Positions 1 through 8,702 are shown, numbered from the stretch's first letter. The stretch is 20,211 bases of DNA from an uncultured Dehalococcoidia bacterium (GCA_950072105.1 CATMOE010000061.1:1-20211); one strand, 5' to 3'. The notes: generated by a model from the letters alone, not told the origin. Numbers and translations: made by a program.

Positions 1-141
1 TCGTAACTGATATAGATAGGTCTATGTGGCGTAGTATCGGGTCCGGATAGCGCCTGTATAGTCTCAAGGATCAATCTGCCGTCTCTCCCGTTTCGGAAGA
101 TCAGCCTGGCCCGGATAAACCTGACGGGGGAGCCGCCGAGC

Positions 142-219
142 ATGCCCAGCATGGATAACATACTCCTAGACCCCACCCCATCGGAATTGATTCGGGCCAT
201 CGAAGCCAATACCATGTAA
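142..219 (+). pseudogene. Short ORF (MPSMDNILLDPTPSELIRAIEANTM*), possible truncated 5' remnant of a gene
   Basis: GGGGGAG RBS-like sequence at 126-132, in-frame ATGs at 142 and 151, TAA at 217-219. The 'ILxDxxxxxLxxAIEAN' pattern recalls N-termini of Chloroflexota GNAT acetyltransferases (recollection, not verified). Confidence 0.25.
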
Positions 220-268
220 CCGGTCTGAATCAGATGGTAAATACGGCGATGGTGTGCTTGCTCTCCGG

Positions 269-1618
269 TTAGGTTGCCGCCACGCCTCGGGCGTAAAGCT
301 GGCGCAGAGGGACGCGGCCGAAGCTTAGCGTCATTATCACCAAGAATGCTAATCCGCCGGCTCCCAGGATCAGTGGCGCCGACAAACCGGTCAACCCAGC
401 CAGCGCCCCGTTGACCAAGTTGAAACCGGCCATCGTGCCGTTGGTGTGCCAACTGTAGACACCCAGCATCCGGCCCCTGATCTCGTCCGGCGCGATGGTC
501 TGGAGCAAGGCATGGCTCAGCGTCATGAACCCGCCCTGGGCAAAACCCATCGCCGCCACCGACAAGATGGCCAAGGGAAGGTTGGGCGACATAGCTAAAG
601 CAACGGCGCTGGCGCCGCTGAATACCCCAAGCCCAAGCAACCATCTGCCCCTTGCCGCCTCGCTTCTCACGCCGGCTAACATCAACGCCGCCACCAGGGC
701 CGCTACTCCAAAGGCCACCATTAGGTAGCTGAACCCGTTCAGGACCGCGGCGCTGCCTTCCATGTTCAATTTGTCCTGGGCGAATATTGGGAAAAGGGAC
801 TCGAAGGACATCGTCATGCCGCAATGAGCTACCACCAGCAGCACCAGGGAAAGGATCAAGGGATGCCGGTACATATAGCTCAGCCCGGCCATCAAGTTAC
901 CCAAGAACATCTCCCGGAACTTCCCCGCTTGCATCGCACCCCGAGACGCGGTTTTTACCGTCAAGATCGTGGTAAAACCAAGAACATAGAGACCGGCGCA
1001 CAAGAAGAAAACCCAGTCCTGGTGGCCGGTGGCCCAGAGCACCACCAGAATCAGGAAGGGGCCCACGAACCGGGAGCCGTGGAAAGTAGCCTGATATAAG
1101 GCGACGGCGTTCAGCAGCCGCTCTCGGGGCACCATGTTGGCCAGTAATGCCTGGGCGGCGGGCATCTGGGTAGACCGGCCCGAACCGGTGATGGCCGACA
1201 AGATCAATACATGCCAAGGTTCGACCAGTCCAGTCACCACCAGGATGGCCAGAACCAGGTTATCGCCCACGTTGACCAGATATGCATAGGCTAACACCGT
1301 GCGGCGGTCGAAACGGTCGGCCAGGTATCCGGCCACGGGCGACACCAACACCGAGGGAATCATAGCGGCGAAGGTGACGGCTCCGGTCCATGTGGCCGAG
1401 CCGGTCATATTAAACACCAGGGCGGCTCGGGCTACGATCAAGGCCCAGGAAGCCGACTGGGAGCACAGTGTGGCCAGCCATAATTTACGATATTCCGGGT
1501 ATTCCATGGATGCCAAGTATCGGGACATGATTCCATGCCCCAATTTAGTTAGGCTGGACACGAACGTTGCTCCTAAATTCCGAGGCCGTGCGGCAGATCT
1601 CACGGCCCGCCGGGCCAA
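269..1618 (-). CDS. MFS transporter (DHA3/MFS_3-like, ~12 TM). Start is uncertain: TTG 1618 or ATG 1528
   Basis: Many hydrophobic segments; MFS motif A 'GYLADRFDRR'; 'YRKLWLATLCS', 'MVPRERLLNAVAL' and 'QTIAPDEIRGRMLG' are typical of this family. Confidence 0.9.
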   Translation of the reverse strand: MARRAVRSAARPRNLGATFVSSLTKLGHGIMSRYLASMEYPEYRKLWLATLCSQSASWALIVARAALVFNMTGSATWTGAVTFAAMIPSVLVSPVAGYLADRFDRRTVLAYAYLVNVGDNLVLAILVVTGLVEPWHVLILSAITGSGRSTQMPAAQALLANMVPRERLLNAVALYQATFHGSRFVGPFLILVVLWATGHQDWVFFLCAGLYVLGFTTILTVKTASRGAMQAGKFREMFLGNLMAGLSYMYRHPLILSLVLLVVAHCGMTMSFESLFPIFAQDKLNMEGSAAVLNGFSYLMVAFGVAALVAALMLAGVRSEAARGRWLLGLGVFSGASAVALAMSPNLPLAILSVAAMGFAQGGFMTLSHALLQTIAPDEIRGRMLGVYSWHTNGTMAGFNLVNGALAGLTGLSAPLILGAGGLAFLVIMTLSFGRVPLRQLYARGVAAT

Positions 1619-1678
1619 TCACTGTGCCCGAACTATACGAAGGTCCCTGGCCAGGCTATCTGTAAACCGTACCGAAAA

Positions 1679-1746
1679 GTGGTTCGACAGGCTCACCACG
1701 AACGTTAGCAGAATTTTTTAACCGTTCGTCTGAGCTTGTCGAAGGG
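1679..1746. repeat. REP-like dispersed palindromic element, copy 1 (inverted pair)
   Basis: GTGGTTCGACAGGCTCACCACGAACG (1679-1704) and inverted partner CCGTTCGTCTGAGCTTGTCGAAGGG (1722-1746). The left arm is 25/26 identical to 11147-11172. Confidence 0.85.
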
Positions 1747-1795
1747 CTTAATCGGCGCATCCACAATCGTTTAAAGCGACGGGCGAAGCGTCCGC

Positions 1796-2446
1796 CTATG
1801 GAGAATAGGACGTTCTTCGCAAGATACTGTTTTGAGCCCTGCGGTTTAGAGGGCCGTCGACCTCCGAGGCGGCACGGGCCTTGTGCCATTCCGGGTCCGA
1901 GCCGAACGCTCCCCATTTCTCTTCCCGGTCACCCAGACCGTCGTACCCCAACATGTAGGTGAGTTGGTTACTGGTGCCCACGTCGGCCGTCCAATAACCC
2001 ACGTTCTCTATACCGTGCTTTTCAAACAGGTTCATGGTGTGGTTGGCGAATCGCTCGTTCAACGCGGGGAACTTGCCGGGCATGGCGGTGTAAACCCGCA
2101 TCTCCTGGATGGCGGTAGTCATATGCGGTTCCGGAGAGTAGGGAGTGAGCCGTAAAAAGCTGTTTTGGACGGAATCGACGAAAGGGCCGTCCTTCTCCGT
2201 CTCGGCCCTCACTTCCTGCCATCTCGGGTCGGCGCCAAAGGCGGCCCATTTCTCTTCCCGGTCCGCCATGCTGTCGAAGCTCAACATATAGGTGAGTTGA
2301 TTACTTGTGCCAATCTCAGCGGTCCAGAACCCGATGATACCGATGCCGTGGTCCTTGAAAAATCCGGTGGTATGGTTGGCAAAGCGGTCGTTAAGCGCCG
2401 GCAGTTTGCCTGCTCTGGCATCGTAAACCCTTAATTCATAAAGCAT
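1796..2446 (-). CDS. NIPSNAP family protein with two tandem domains
   Basis: Two repeats of 'E(L/M)RVY..GKxPALNxRFANHT...G(F/Y)WT...LTYML...DREEKWxAFGxDPxW...QNSxLRxTxYSP'; RBS AAGGAGAGG. Confidence 0.9.
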   Translation of the reverse strand: MLYELRVYDARAGKLPALNDRFANHTTGFFKDHGIGIIGFWTAEIGTSNQLTYMLSFDSMADREEKWAAFGADPRWQEVRAETEKDGPFVDSVQNSFLRLTPYSPEPHMTTAIQEMRVYTAMPGKFPALNERFANHTMNLFEKHGIENVGYWTADVGTSNQLTYMLGYDGLGDREEKWGAFGSDPEWHKARAASEVDGPLNRRAQNSILRRTSYSP

Positions 2447-2617
2447 GTATTACCTCTCCTTGCTCCGGGATGGGGTGCCGACCTATATATCAACCTGCAG
2501 TCCGATAACTTCATGAAGAACGGCGCGTTCCCACACCATTCGTCCTGATCACGCTGCAGAACAAGTCTCCGGCCTGGATCGCCTAGTTGCGGGGCCGGTC
2601 AAGGCCTGGCCGGTAAG

Positions 2618-2977
2618 CTAATCGACTACTTCCAGGAACTCTAGATGCACACCGTCCGGGCCTTCGAAGAAGCAGACCTTTCGGCCGTTGCCCACGGTGG
2701 TCTCCTCTAGAATCTTGGCCCCGCTGGCCTTGAGTTTTGCAACCAAAGCGGGCATGTCGTCGGTATCGAGGGCTATGTGCTCGATCCCGTACTTCTGCTC
2801 GTGCTTCTGGCTTTCGATGAATCTGGTGACGTTCAGCGTGAGGCCGTGCAGGTCCAAGCGCAGCCCGTTCGCACCGGCTTCTCCGATGATCTTGGCCCCC
2901 AAAGTGTCCACGTAAAACTGGGCTGTCTTCTGCGGGTCCGGGGTCTTGAGATGGACGTGATTCAGCTTGAATGCCAT
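2618..2977 (-). CDS. VOC (glyoxalase/bleomycin resistance/dioxygenase) family protein
   Basis: 'LNHVHL...FYVDTLG', 'GIEHIAL', 'FFEGPDGVHLEFLE' give the metal-binding VOC pattern; RBS AAGGAGG. Confidence 0.9.
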   Translation of the reverse strand: MAFKLNHVHLKTPDPQKTAQFYVDTLGAKIIGEAGANGLRLDLHGLTLNVTRFIESQKHEQKYGIEHIALDTDDMPALVAKLKASGAKILEETTVGNGRKVCFFEGPDGVHLEFLEVVD

Positions 2978-3060
2978 GTTGGTCCTCCTTCAGCCTGCCG
3001 TATTTGCCAATCTTCGATCGCGGAAATTACTTTGGACGTGGAGCTGCGGGGAATGACGGC

Positions 3061-3089
3061 ATTATATTGACTGGGTTAGTGTGTGGCAA
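3061..3089 (-). promoter_or_regulatory. sigma70-type promoter for the VOC gene
   Basis: On the minus strand: -35 TTGCCA (3089-3084), 17-nt spacer, -10 TATAAT (3066-3061), about 85 nt upstream of the VOC start. Confidence 0.65.
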
Positions 3090-3124
3090 CCCTCGCCCTG
3101 GCTCTTTTCCCAGAGGGAGATGGG
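3090..3124. repeat. Degenerate CCCTC..TCCC-NNN-GGGAGA-type small palindromic repeat
   Basis: CCCTCGCCCTGGCTCTTTTCCCAGAGGGAGATGGG, with inner hairpin TTTCCC-AGA-GGGAGA; similar architecture to the 4938-4985 element. Confidence 0.45.
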
Positions 3125-3201
3125 TGACGCACTTGGAATGGAATTGGTATTATAATGCCCGGTGGTCAGCCATGAGCAGTTTGCAAGATTAGGAGATTTC
3201 G

Positions 3202-4107
3202 ATGCCTATAGAAAAAAATGCGCCTGAGTTAGAGCGCATCGTGTCATCCGGTCAAAATATCGAAAAATTGGGAGATGGCTACGGTGGCGGCGATGGCCCG
3301 GCGGAAGGACCGCTATGGTGGAAAGAGGGTAGTTACCTTCTCTTCAGCGACATCCACAACAACCGGCGCATGAAGTGGGCCCAAGGCCAGGGTGTGACCC
3401 TCTTCCAAGAGCCGACCAACCGGGCCAACGGCCTTACCCGGGACCTGCAGGGACGGCTATTGGCCGCCGAGCACGACAGCCGCCGGGTGACCCGTCAAGA
3501 GCCTGACGGCAGTATCACCGTGGTGGCTAACAGCTTCAACGGTCAACGGTTGAACCGGCCCAACGACGTGATCGTCAAGTCCGATGGGGCCATCTACTTC
3601 ACCGACCCCTGGACCAGTCCCTTGCCTCGGGAGCAGTGGGACCTGACTTTCTCCGGCGTGTATCGTGTTACGCCCGACCTGGGGACTTTGACCCTGCTGG
3701 TGGGCGACTTTATCGTCCCCAACGGTCTGGCGTTTTCCCCCGACGAAAGCGTGCTGTACATCAACGATACCAGGAAAGGGCATATCCGCGCCTTCGATAT
3801 GCTGCCCAACGGTACGCTGGCTATCCAGTCCGAGCGGGTCTTTGCCGACCTGTCGGGAGACAGGCCGGGAGTGCCCGACGGCATGAAAGTAGACGTGGAA
3901 GGGAACGTTTACTGCGGCGGCTCCGGCGGCGTCTGGGTCCTGGATCCCAGCGGCAAGCACCTGGGCACCATCGCCCATGGCGAGACCGCGACCACCAATG
4001 TCGCCTTCGGCGGCGACGATTGGAAGACCCTTTTCTTCACATCCCGCAACACCCTAGGCAGCGTTCAGTGCAAGATCGCGGGTGTGCCGGTGCCGGTGGG
4101 GAATTAG
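3202..4107 (+). CDS. SMP-30/gluconolactonase/LRE family protein
   Basis: 'AEGPLW', 'LLFSDI', 'RLNRPNDV', 'IYFTDP', 'PNGLAFSPDE', 'PDGMKVDVEGN' and 'TNVAFGG' motifs; RBS AGGAG; TATAAT at 3151-3156. Confidence 0.95.
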   Translation: MPIEKNAPELERIVSSGQNIEKLGDGYGGGDGPAEGPLWWKEGSYLLFSDIHNNRRMKWAQGQGVTLFQEPTNRANGLTRDLQGRLLAAEHDSRRVTRQEPDGSITVVANSFNGQRLNRPNDVIVKSDGAIYFTDPWTSPLPREQWDLTFSGVYRVTPDLGTLTLLVGDFIVPNGLAFSPDESVLYINDTRKGHIRAFDMLPNGTLAIQSERVFADLSGDRPGVPDGMKVDVEGNVYCGGSGGVWVLDPSGKHLGTIAHGETATTNVAFGGDDWKTLFFTSRNTLGSVQCKIAGVPVPVGN

Positions 4108-4209
4108 AGGGTGAACCGGGGCGGCGGCGCAACCGGATGCCAAAATTTGCCGCCCCCTTCTATTCGGACACCGTCGGCCCGCCGTCACGTTCACCGCCAG
4201 ACTTGCGCT

Positions 4210-7149
4210 TCAGGCCAGGGAGTCCCGGAGCACTTCGACCAAGTGGCGGGCCGGACGGCCCGTGCCATGCTCGATCTGCTGGCGGCAGGACACCCCCATC
4301 ACCGCTACTTCCCAGTCCTCACCCTTGGCGTTCACCGCCGGGAATAGCGCTTGGGCGCCGATGTCCATGGAAAGCTGGTAATGTTCCTTCTCGAATCCGA
4401 AGGACCCGGCCATGCCGCAGCAACCGGCGTTGATCAGCTCCACCTCGTTGCCTGGCGGCAGCCGCAAGGCGGCCAAAGAGGAGGCGGTACCCACCAGGGA
4501 CTTCTGGTGGCAATGGCCGTGGAACAGGATCTTTTTCCCCACGTCCTTGAATTCCAGTCGCAGTTCCCCTTTTTCAGCCAGCATCGTCAGAAATTCGTCA
4601 ATCATGTAGCTGTTCTCGGCCACCTTTTGGGCCTTGTCGTTCTTGACCAACTCGGGGTACTCGTCGCGGAAGGTCAGCAAACAACTCGGTTCACAACCGA
4701 TGATCGGTATGCCTTGTTGGGCGTAGGTGTAGAGCAGGTCCACGTTGGCGCGGGCGTGGGCCGACGCTTCGTCCAACATACCCTTAGAGATCATGGGCCG
4801 GCCGCAGCAGCCACCGTTGGCCAACACGACTCGGAGCCCGGCAGCCTCAAGCAACTCGACCGCGGCCTTCCCCACCTGGGGATAGTTGTAGTTCATGAAG
4901 GTGTCGTTGAATAGGACAACAGTGTTTGTCGTAGCGGAAATCCCCCTTTCCTCCCCCTTTGGTAAAGGGGGACCGAGGGGGATTTGGCTGCGGGAATCAA
5001 ACCACTTGGGCAAGGTTTCTCTGGCGAAGGATGGCAATGACCGGCGTGGGTGGATCCCTAGGACCAGCCCGGCGAAGAATCTGCCGATGGGATTTTGGGA
5101 AGCCCAGTTGGAAAATGGGGCGAACCGGCTGCCCCACTGATTTACCAGGTTGATGCGGCCGAAGATCTTGTTTCTTAAAGGTAGCCCGTTGGCTTGGAAG
5201 TAGTGGTCCAAGAACTCGTACTTGAGTTTGGCCATGTCTACGCCGGAGTCGCAGTCTGCTTTGCAACCTTTGCACTCAAGGCAAAGGTCTAGAGCGTCGA
5301 ACAGGCGTCTGCTGGTCATTGTACCTTCCGGCAATACCCCCGACATAGCGGCGCGCAGCAGGTTGGCCCGGCCCCGGGTAGAATGCTCCTCATCGCGGGT
5401 AGCCATGTAAGAGGGGCACATGGTGCCCTCCAGCTTGCGGCACGCGCCCATGCCGTTGCACATCTCCACGGCCCCCGCGAAGTTGGTGTCGATGGAAAAG
5501 TCCAACTTGGCCGGTATGGTCTGGGCGTGATAATCGGGCCCGTAACGCAAGTTCTCGGTCATGGGCGGGCAATTGATGATCTTGCCGGGATTCATGATCC
5601 CTTGAGGGTCGAAAGTGTTCTTTAGCTCCTGAAATGCCCGGTATATCTCTGGACCGAACATCTTCTCCGTGTAAACGCCCCGGACTATCCCGTCGCCGTG
5701 TTCGCCGCTCAGGGAACCGCCGAACTCTTTCACCAGGTCGCTGATCTCGTCGGCGATGGCGACCATGGTGGCCACTCCTTGCGAGTCTTTCAGGCTGACC
5801 AAGGGACGGATGTGCAGGCAACCCACGCTGGCATGGCCGTAATAGGCGGCCTCAGTCCCGTGGCTGCGCACGATCTCATCGAACCTACGCACGAAGGGCC
5901 CCAGCTTCTCCGGGTCAACCGCCGTGTCCTCAACAAAGGGAAGGGGTTTGGCGTCGCCGTGGATGCTCATGAGCAAACCCAATCCACCCTTTCTGAGGTT
6001 CCAAACCCGGTTCTGGCCCGGCTGGTCCAGCACGTTGACGCAGGCGTAGGCCAAGCCCTTACCCTCGATATCGTCTTTCAGGGAGCGGGTTTTCGAGATT
6101 AACTCCGCTTCCGACTCGCCGTAAAACTCCACTGCCAGCAATGCTCCTGGGTCGCCTTCGATGAAAGATAGGTCTGCGGAGTGGCCAAGGGACTCCCGGG
6201 ACCGTTGGAGTAGAATGTTGTCCATTACCTCCACCGAGGATGGACTGTGTTGCAGCACCTTCACGATGGCTTCGCTGGCTTGCACGATATCGGCGAAGTG
6301 GAGGATCGACAATGCTGTCAAAGTTGGCCGGGGCACCAGATTGACCTTGGCCTCGGTGACCACGCAGAGTGTCCCCTCTGACCCGACGACCATGCGCGTC
6401 ATGTTGAAGGAGTCGTCACTTAAAAACTCGTCCAGGTTGTAGCCGCTGACCCGCCGCATGATGTTGGGGTAACGGGTCTTGATCTCCTGAAGGTTGTCCT
6501 GGGCGATGCCCCGCACGCCCCGGTAGATGTCCCCTTCCAGCCCAGTTCCGCTCAGCTTGGCCTCCAGTTCGTGGGCTTCCAGGGTCCTGAAATGGGCCTG
6601 GGAGCCGTCGGTAAGTACGGCGTACACTTCTAAGATGTGATCCAGAGATTTGCCGTAGATCACCGAATGGGCGCCACAGGTGTTGTTGCCGATGCCTCCG
6701 CCGATGCAGGCGCGGCTGGAAGTGGTTGGGTCGGGCGCGTACATCAATCCATGGGGGGCGAGTTGCCGGTTGAGCTGGTCAAGGACGATTCCTGGTTGGA
6801 CCCTTGCCCAGCCTTCTTCGGTGTTGATCTCCAGCACCTGGTTGAGGTATTTACTGAAGTCGAGGATTATGGCATGGTTGACCGTTTGGCCGGCTAGGCT
6901 GGTCCCGCCTCCCCTGGGCAGCACCGGGACATTGTTCTCTCGCGCGACCTCCATCACCGCCAGCACATCGTCCACGTTCCGGGGAATCACCACTCCCACA
7001 GGCTCCATCTGGTAGATGCTGGCGTCGGTGCTGTACAACACCCTGGAGAAGGCGTCGAAACGGACCTCTCCGGAAACCCGCTTCCGCAGGATATCCGCCA
7101 ATTCTTCTCGTTCTTTACCGTGAACCCGGGTTGCCGTGGTGGAGGCCAT
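4210..7149 (-). CDS. FAD-binding, Fe-S-binding oxidoreductase (GlcD/GlcF fusion, YdiJ-like 2-hydroxyacid dehydrogenase)
   Basis: 'YSTDAS', 'PRGGGTSLAGQ', 'GSEGTL', 'HASVGCLHIRP', 'SGEHGDG', ferredoxin motifs 'CNGMGAC...CP' and 'CLECKGCKADC', CCG domains 'CCGRP' and 'CCGMAG'. ATG 7149 follows RBS GAGGTG (the ORF track uses GTG 7155). Confidence 0.95.
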   Translation of the reverse strand: MASTTATRVHGKEREELADILRKRVSGEVRFDAFSRVLYSTDASIYQMEPVGVVIPRNVDDVLAVMEVARENNVPVLPRGGGTSLAGQTVNHAIILDFSKYLNQVLEINTEEGWARVQPGIVLDQLNRQLAPHGLMYAPDPTTSSRACIGGGIGNNTCGAHSVIYGKSLDHILEVYAVLTDGSQAHFRTLEAHELEAKLSGTGLEGDIYRGVRGIAQDNLQEIKTRYPNIMRRVSGYNLDEFLSDDSFNMTRMVVGSEGTLCVVTEAKVNLVPRPTLTALSILHFADIVQASEAIVKVLQHSPSSVEVMDNILLQRSRESLGHSADLSFIEGDPGALLAVEFYGESEAELISKTRSLKDDIEGKGLAYACVNVLDQPGQNRVWNLRKGGLGLLMSIHGDAKPLPFVEDTAVDPEKLGPFVRRFDEIVRSHGTEAAYYGHASVGCLHIRPLVSLKDSQGVATMVAIADEISDLVKEFGGSLSGEHGDGIVRGVYTEKMFGPEIYRAFQELKNTFDPQGIMNPGKIINCPPMTENLRYGPDYHAQTIPAKLDFSIDTNFAGAVEMCNGMGACRKLEGTMCPSYMATRDEEHSTRGRANLLRAAMSGVLPEGTMTSRRLFDALDLCLECKGCKADCDSGVDMAKLKYEFLDHYFQANGLPLRNKIFGRINLVNQWGSRFAPFSNWASQNPIGRFFAGLVLGIHPRRSLPSFARETLPKWFDSRSQIPLGPPLPKGEERGISATTNTVVLFNDTFMNYNYPQVGKAAVELLEAAGLRVVLANGGCCGRPMISKGMLDEASAHARANVDLLYTYAQQGIPIIGCEPSCLLTFRDEYPELVKNDKAQKVAENSYMIDEFLTMLAEKGELRLEFKDVGKKILFHGHCHQKSLVGTASSLAALRLPPGNEVELINAGCCGMAGSFGFEKEHYQLSMDIGAQALFPAVNAKGEDWEVAVMGVSCRQQIEHGTGRPARHLVEVLRDSLA
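4938..4985. repeat. 48-bp palindromic element in-frame within the oxidoreductase CDS
   Basis: AAATCCCCCT-ttcc-TCCCCCTTT-ggt-AAAGGGGGA-ccg-AGGGGGATTT: nested 10-bp and 9-bp perfect stems; length divisible by 3. Confidence 0.8.
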
Positions 7150-7166
7150 TGACACCTCTTTGGGGC

Positions 7167-7194
7167 GTTCAGCTTTCAGCTATCAGCGGTCAGC
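7167..7194. repeat. Four tandem heptamers NNTCAGC
   Basis: GTTCAGC TTTCAGC TATCAGC GGTCAGC, directly upstream of the oxidoreductase RBS. Confidence 0.8.
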
Positions 7195-7202
7195 TTATCG
7201 TA

Positions 7203-7238
7203 AACGTAGCGGGGCTTCAACCGCGCGGTGACTACGTT
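7203..7238. repeat. Collapsed GTAG-type REP-like element
   Basis: AACGTAG-CGGGGCTTCAACCGCGCGGTGA-CTACGTT: 7-bp terminal inverted repeat containing GTAG, around an imperfect palindrome. Confidence 0.4.
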
Positions 7239-7351
7239 GGCAGACTCGTTGCGGTTGGGCTGAATTGTGGCCGTTCTTGGCCGGTGTTACACTGGGTTCC
7301 GCGTAGCAGATTAACCCCTTTACGGTATGCAACTAAACCTGGAGCATCAGT

Positions 7352-8230
7352 ATGAAAGTCGGCTTTTCGTTAGCCAATAATCAAGGCATCGAAGACATCC
7401 AGGCTCTTTTGCGGATGGCCGTTCGGGCCGAGGAGCTGGGTTTCGAGTCGGTGTGGGCCAGCGACCACGTTTTCAACGCAGGCCACGTCTTTGAGCGCAT
7501 CGGCGATAAGCCCTACTACGAGCCGTTGGCCGTTCTCAGCTACGTAGCCGCCACCACCAAAAAGGTTTTGCTGGGCACAAGCGTCCTGGTGCTGCCTTAC
7601 CACAACCCCATCAATCTGGCCAAAACGACGGCGACGTTGGACGTGATGTCCGGCGGCCGGTTGGTGTTGGGCGTGGGAGTTGGGGCGGTGGAGAACGAGA
7701 TGGAGGCCATGGGCAGCCCCTTCGCCGAGCGGGGCGCCATAACCGACGAGAGTATCGCGATCATGAAGGAACTGTGGACCCAACAAGACCCGAGTTTTCA
7801 GGGGAGGTTCCACAGTTTTTCCGGCATGAAATTCTCACCCAAGCCAACGCAGAAACCCCACATTCCTCTGGTGATCGGCGGCTCCAGCCGGGTGGCCATC
7901 CGCCGGGCGGCGCGCGCCGGGAACGGCTGGCACCCCACCGCGTTGCCACCAGAAGAATTGAGCGAGGGTATCCGCTATCTTGCCCGGCAAGCCGAGGCGG
8001 CCGGACGAGACCCGTCGGAAATCCCAGTGTCGGTCAGCGCGCCATTGGGCGCCGGACGTGCCGGCCGGTATTCCCTGGGTACCGAGCCCGGCGAGATCCT
8101 GGAAAAGGCGCGGACATATCAGGAATTGGGGGTGGCAAGGCTGGTCGTATCCACTCCCAACACCCGCAGCGTAGAGGAAACGGCCCATGCCATGGAGATG
8201 CTGGCGCGGGAGGTGCTGCCCCAGCTATGA
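7352..8230 (+). CDS. LLM-class (luciferase-like) probable F420-dependent oxidoreductase
   Basis: 'AEELGFESVWASDH', 'LGTSVLVLPYHNP', 'TLDVMSGGRLVLGVGVG', 'PKPTQKPHIPLVIGG', 'RRAARAGNGW'. Confidence 0.92.
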   Translation: MKVGFSLANNQGIEDIQALLRMAVRAEELGFESVWASDHVFNAGHVFERIGDKPYYEPLAVLSYVAATTKKVLLGTSVLVLPYHNPINLAKTTATLDVMSGGRLVLGVGVGAVENEMEAMGSPFAERGAITDESIAIMKELWTQQDPSFQGRFHSFSGMKFSPKPTQKPHIPLVIGGSSRVAIRRAARAGNGWHPTALPPEELSEGIRYLARQAEAAGRDPSEIPVSVSAPLGAGRAGRYSLGTEPGEILEKARTYQELGVARLVVSTPNTRSVEETAHAMEMLAREVLPQL

Positions 8231-8652
8231 AAGCCCTCTTCGTGTGCAACGCCAACATGGGCCGAAGCCAGGTCGCCGAGGCATTGTTCAACCAACTATC
8301 GAGCGAATCCGCAGGTAGCGCGGGCACCGTGGCCGATGCGATTGTCGAAAGGACAAACCCGGCCAGCAGGCGCTTGAAAGACGGAGGCAGTTCAGCGATA
8401 ACTTACATGAGCGAACAAGGCGTAGACGTTTCCGAAAGCCTGCGGGAGCAACTAACCGCCGAGATGGTCCAAGAAGCGGACAAAGTTATAGTCATGGCCG
8501 ACGACGATACCTGGCCGGATTATCTCCGCAACAGCGATAAAGTCGTTGTCTGGACAATCGAAGACACCCGAGGCATGGGCCCCGACTCGGCCCGCCCTCT
8601 ATACGACGAGATTAAACGTAGAGTACAGGAGTTGGTCACGCAGGTTGGGTAA
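8227..8652 (+). CDS. Low-molecular-weight phosphotyrosine phosphatase / arsenate reductase family protein (141 aa)
   Basis: ATGA overlap with the LLM stop codon. 'LFVCNANMGRSQVAEA' contains the CX5R P-loop; also 'SAGT', 'QLTAEMVQEADKVIVM' and 'WTIEDT'. This is the real 3' part of track ORF 7774..8652. Confidence 0.88.
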   Translation: MKALFVCNANMGRSQVAEALFNQLSSESAGSAGTVADAIVERTNPASRRLKDGGSSAITYMSEQGVDVSESLREQLTAEMVQEADKVIVMADDDTWPDYLRNSDKVVVWTIEDTRGMGPDSARPLYDEIKRRVQELVTQVG

Positions 8653-8702
8653 GCACCGCGCACCAGGCCCGTGATAGCTGATACCTAACAAAAGGAGAAA
8701 TC

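Noticed and set aside
4118..4156. GGGGCGGC/GCCGCCCC inverted repeat between convergent genes as a terminator
   Set aside because: 23-nt loop and no U-tract; possible but too weak to call.
3636..4433. Long alternative-frame or antisense ORFs (3636..4433, 9039..9932, 9464..10096, 14140..15024)
   Set aside because: Shadows of well-supported genes, expected from GC-rich codon bias, with no recognisable motifs.
7774..8226. N-terminal 151 aa of track ORF 7774..8652
   Set aside because: Overlaps the LLM gene in another frame and is low-complexity Arg/Gly/Pro-rich; the phosphatase fold begins at ATG 8227.
8228..8230. Other TGA stops (LLM gene at 8228-8230; oxidoreductase at 4210-4212) as possible Sec codons
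   Set aside because: Both proteins are complete at these points, there is no redox-motif context, and the LLM TGA is part of an ATGA coupling.
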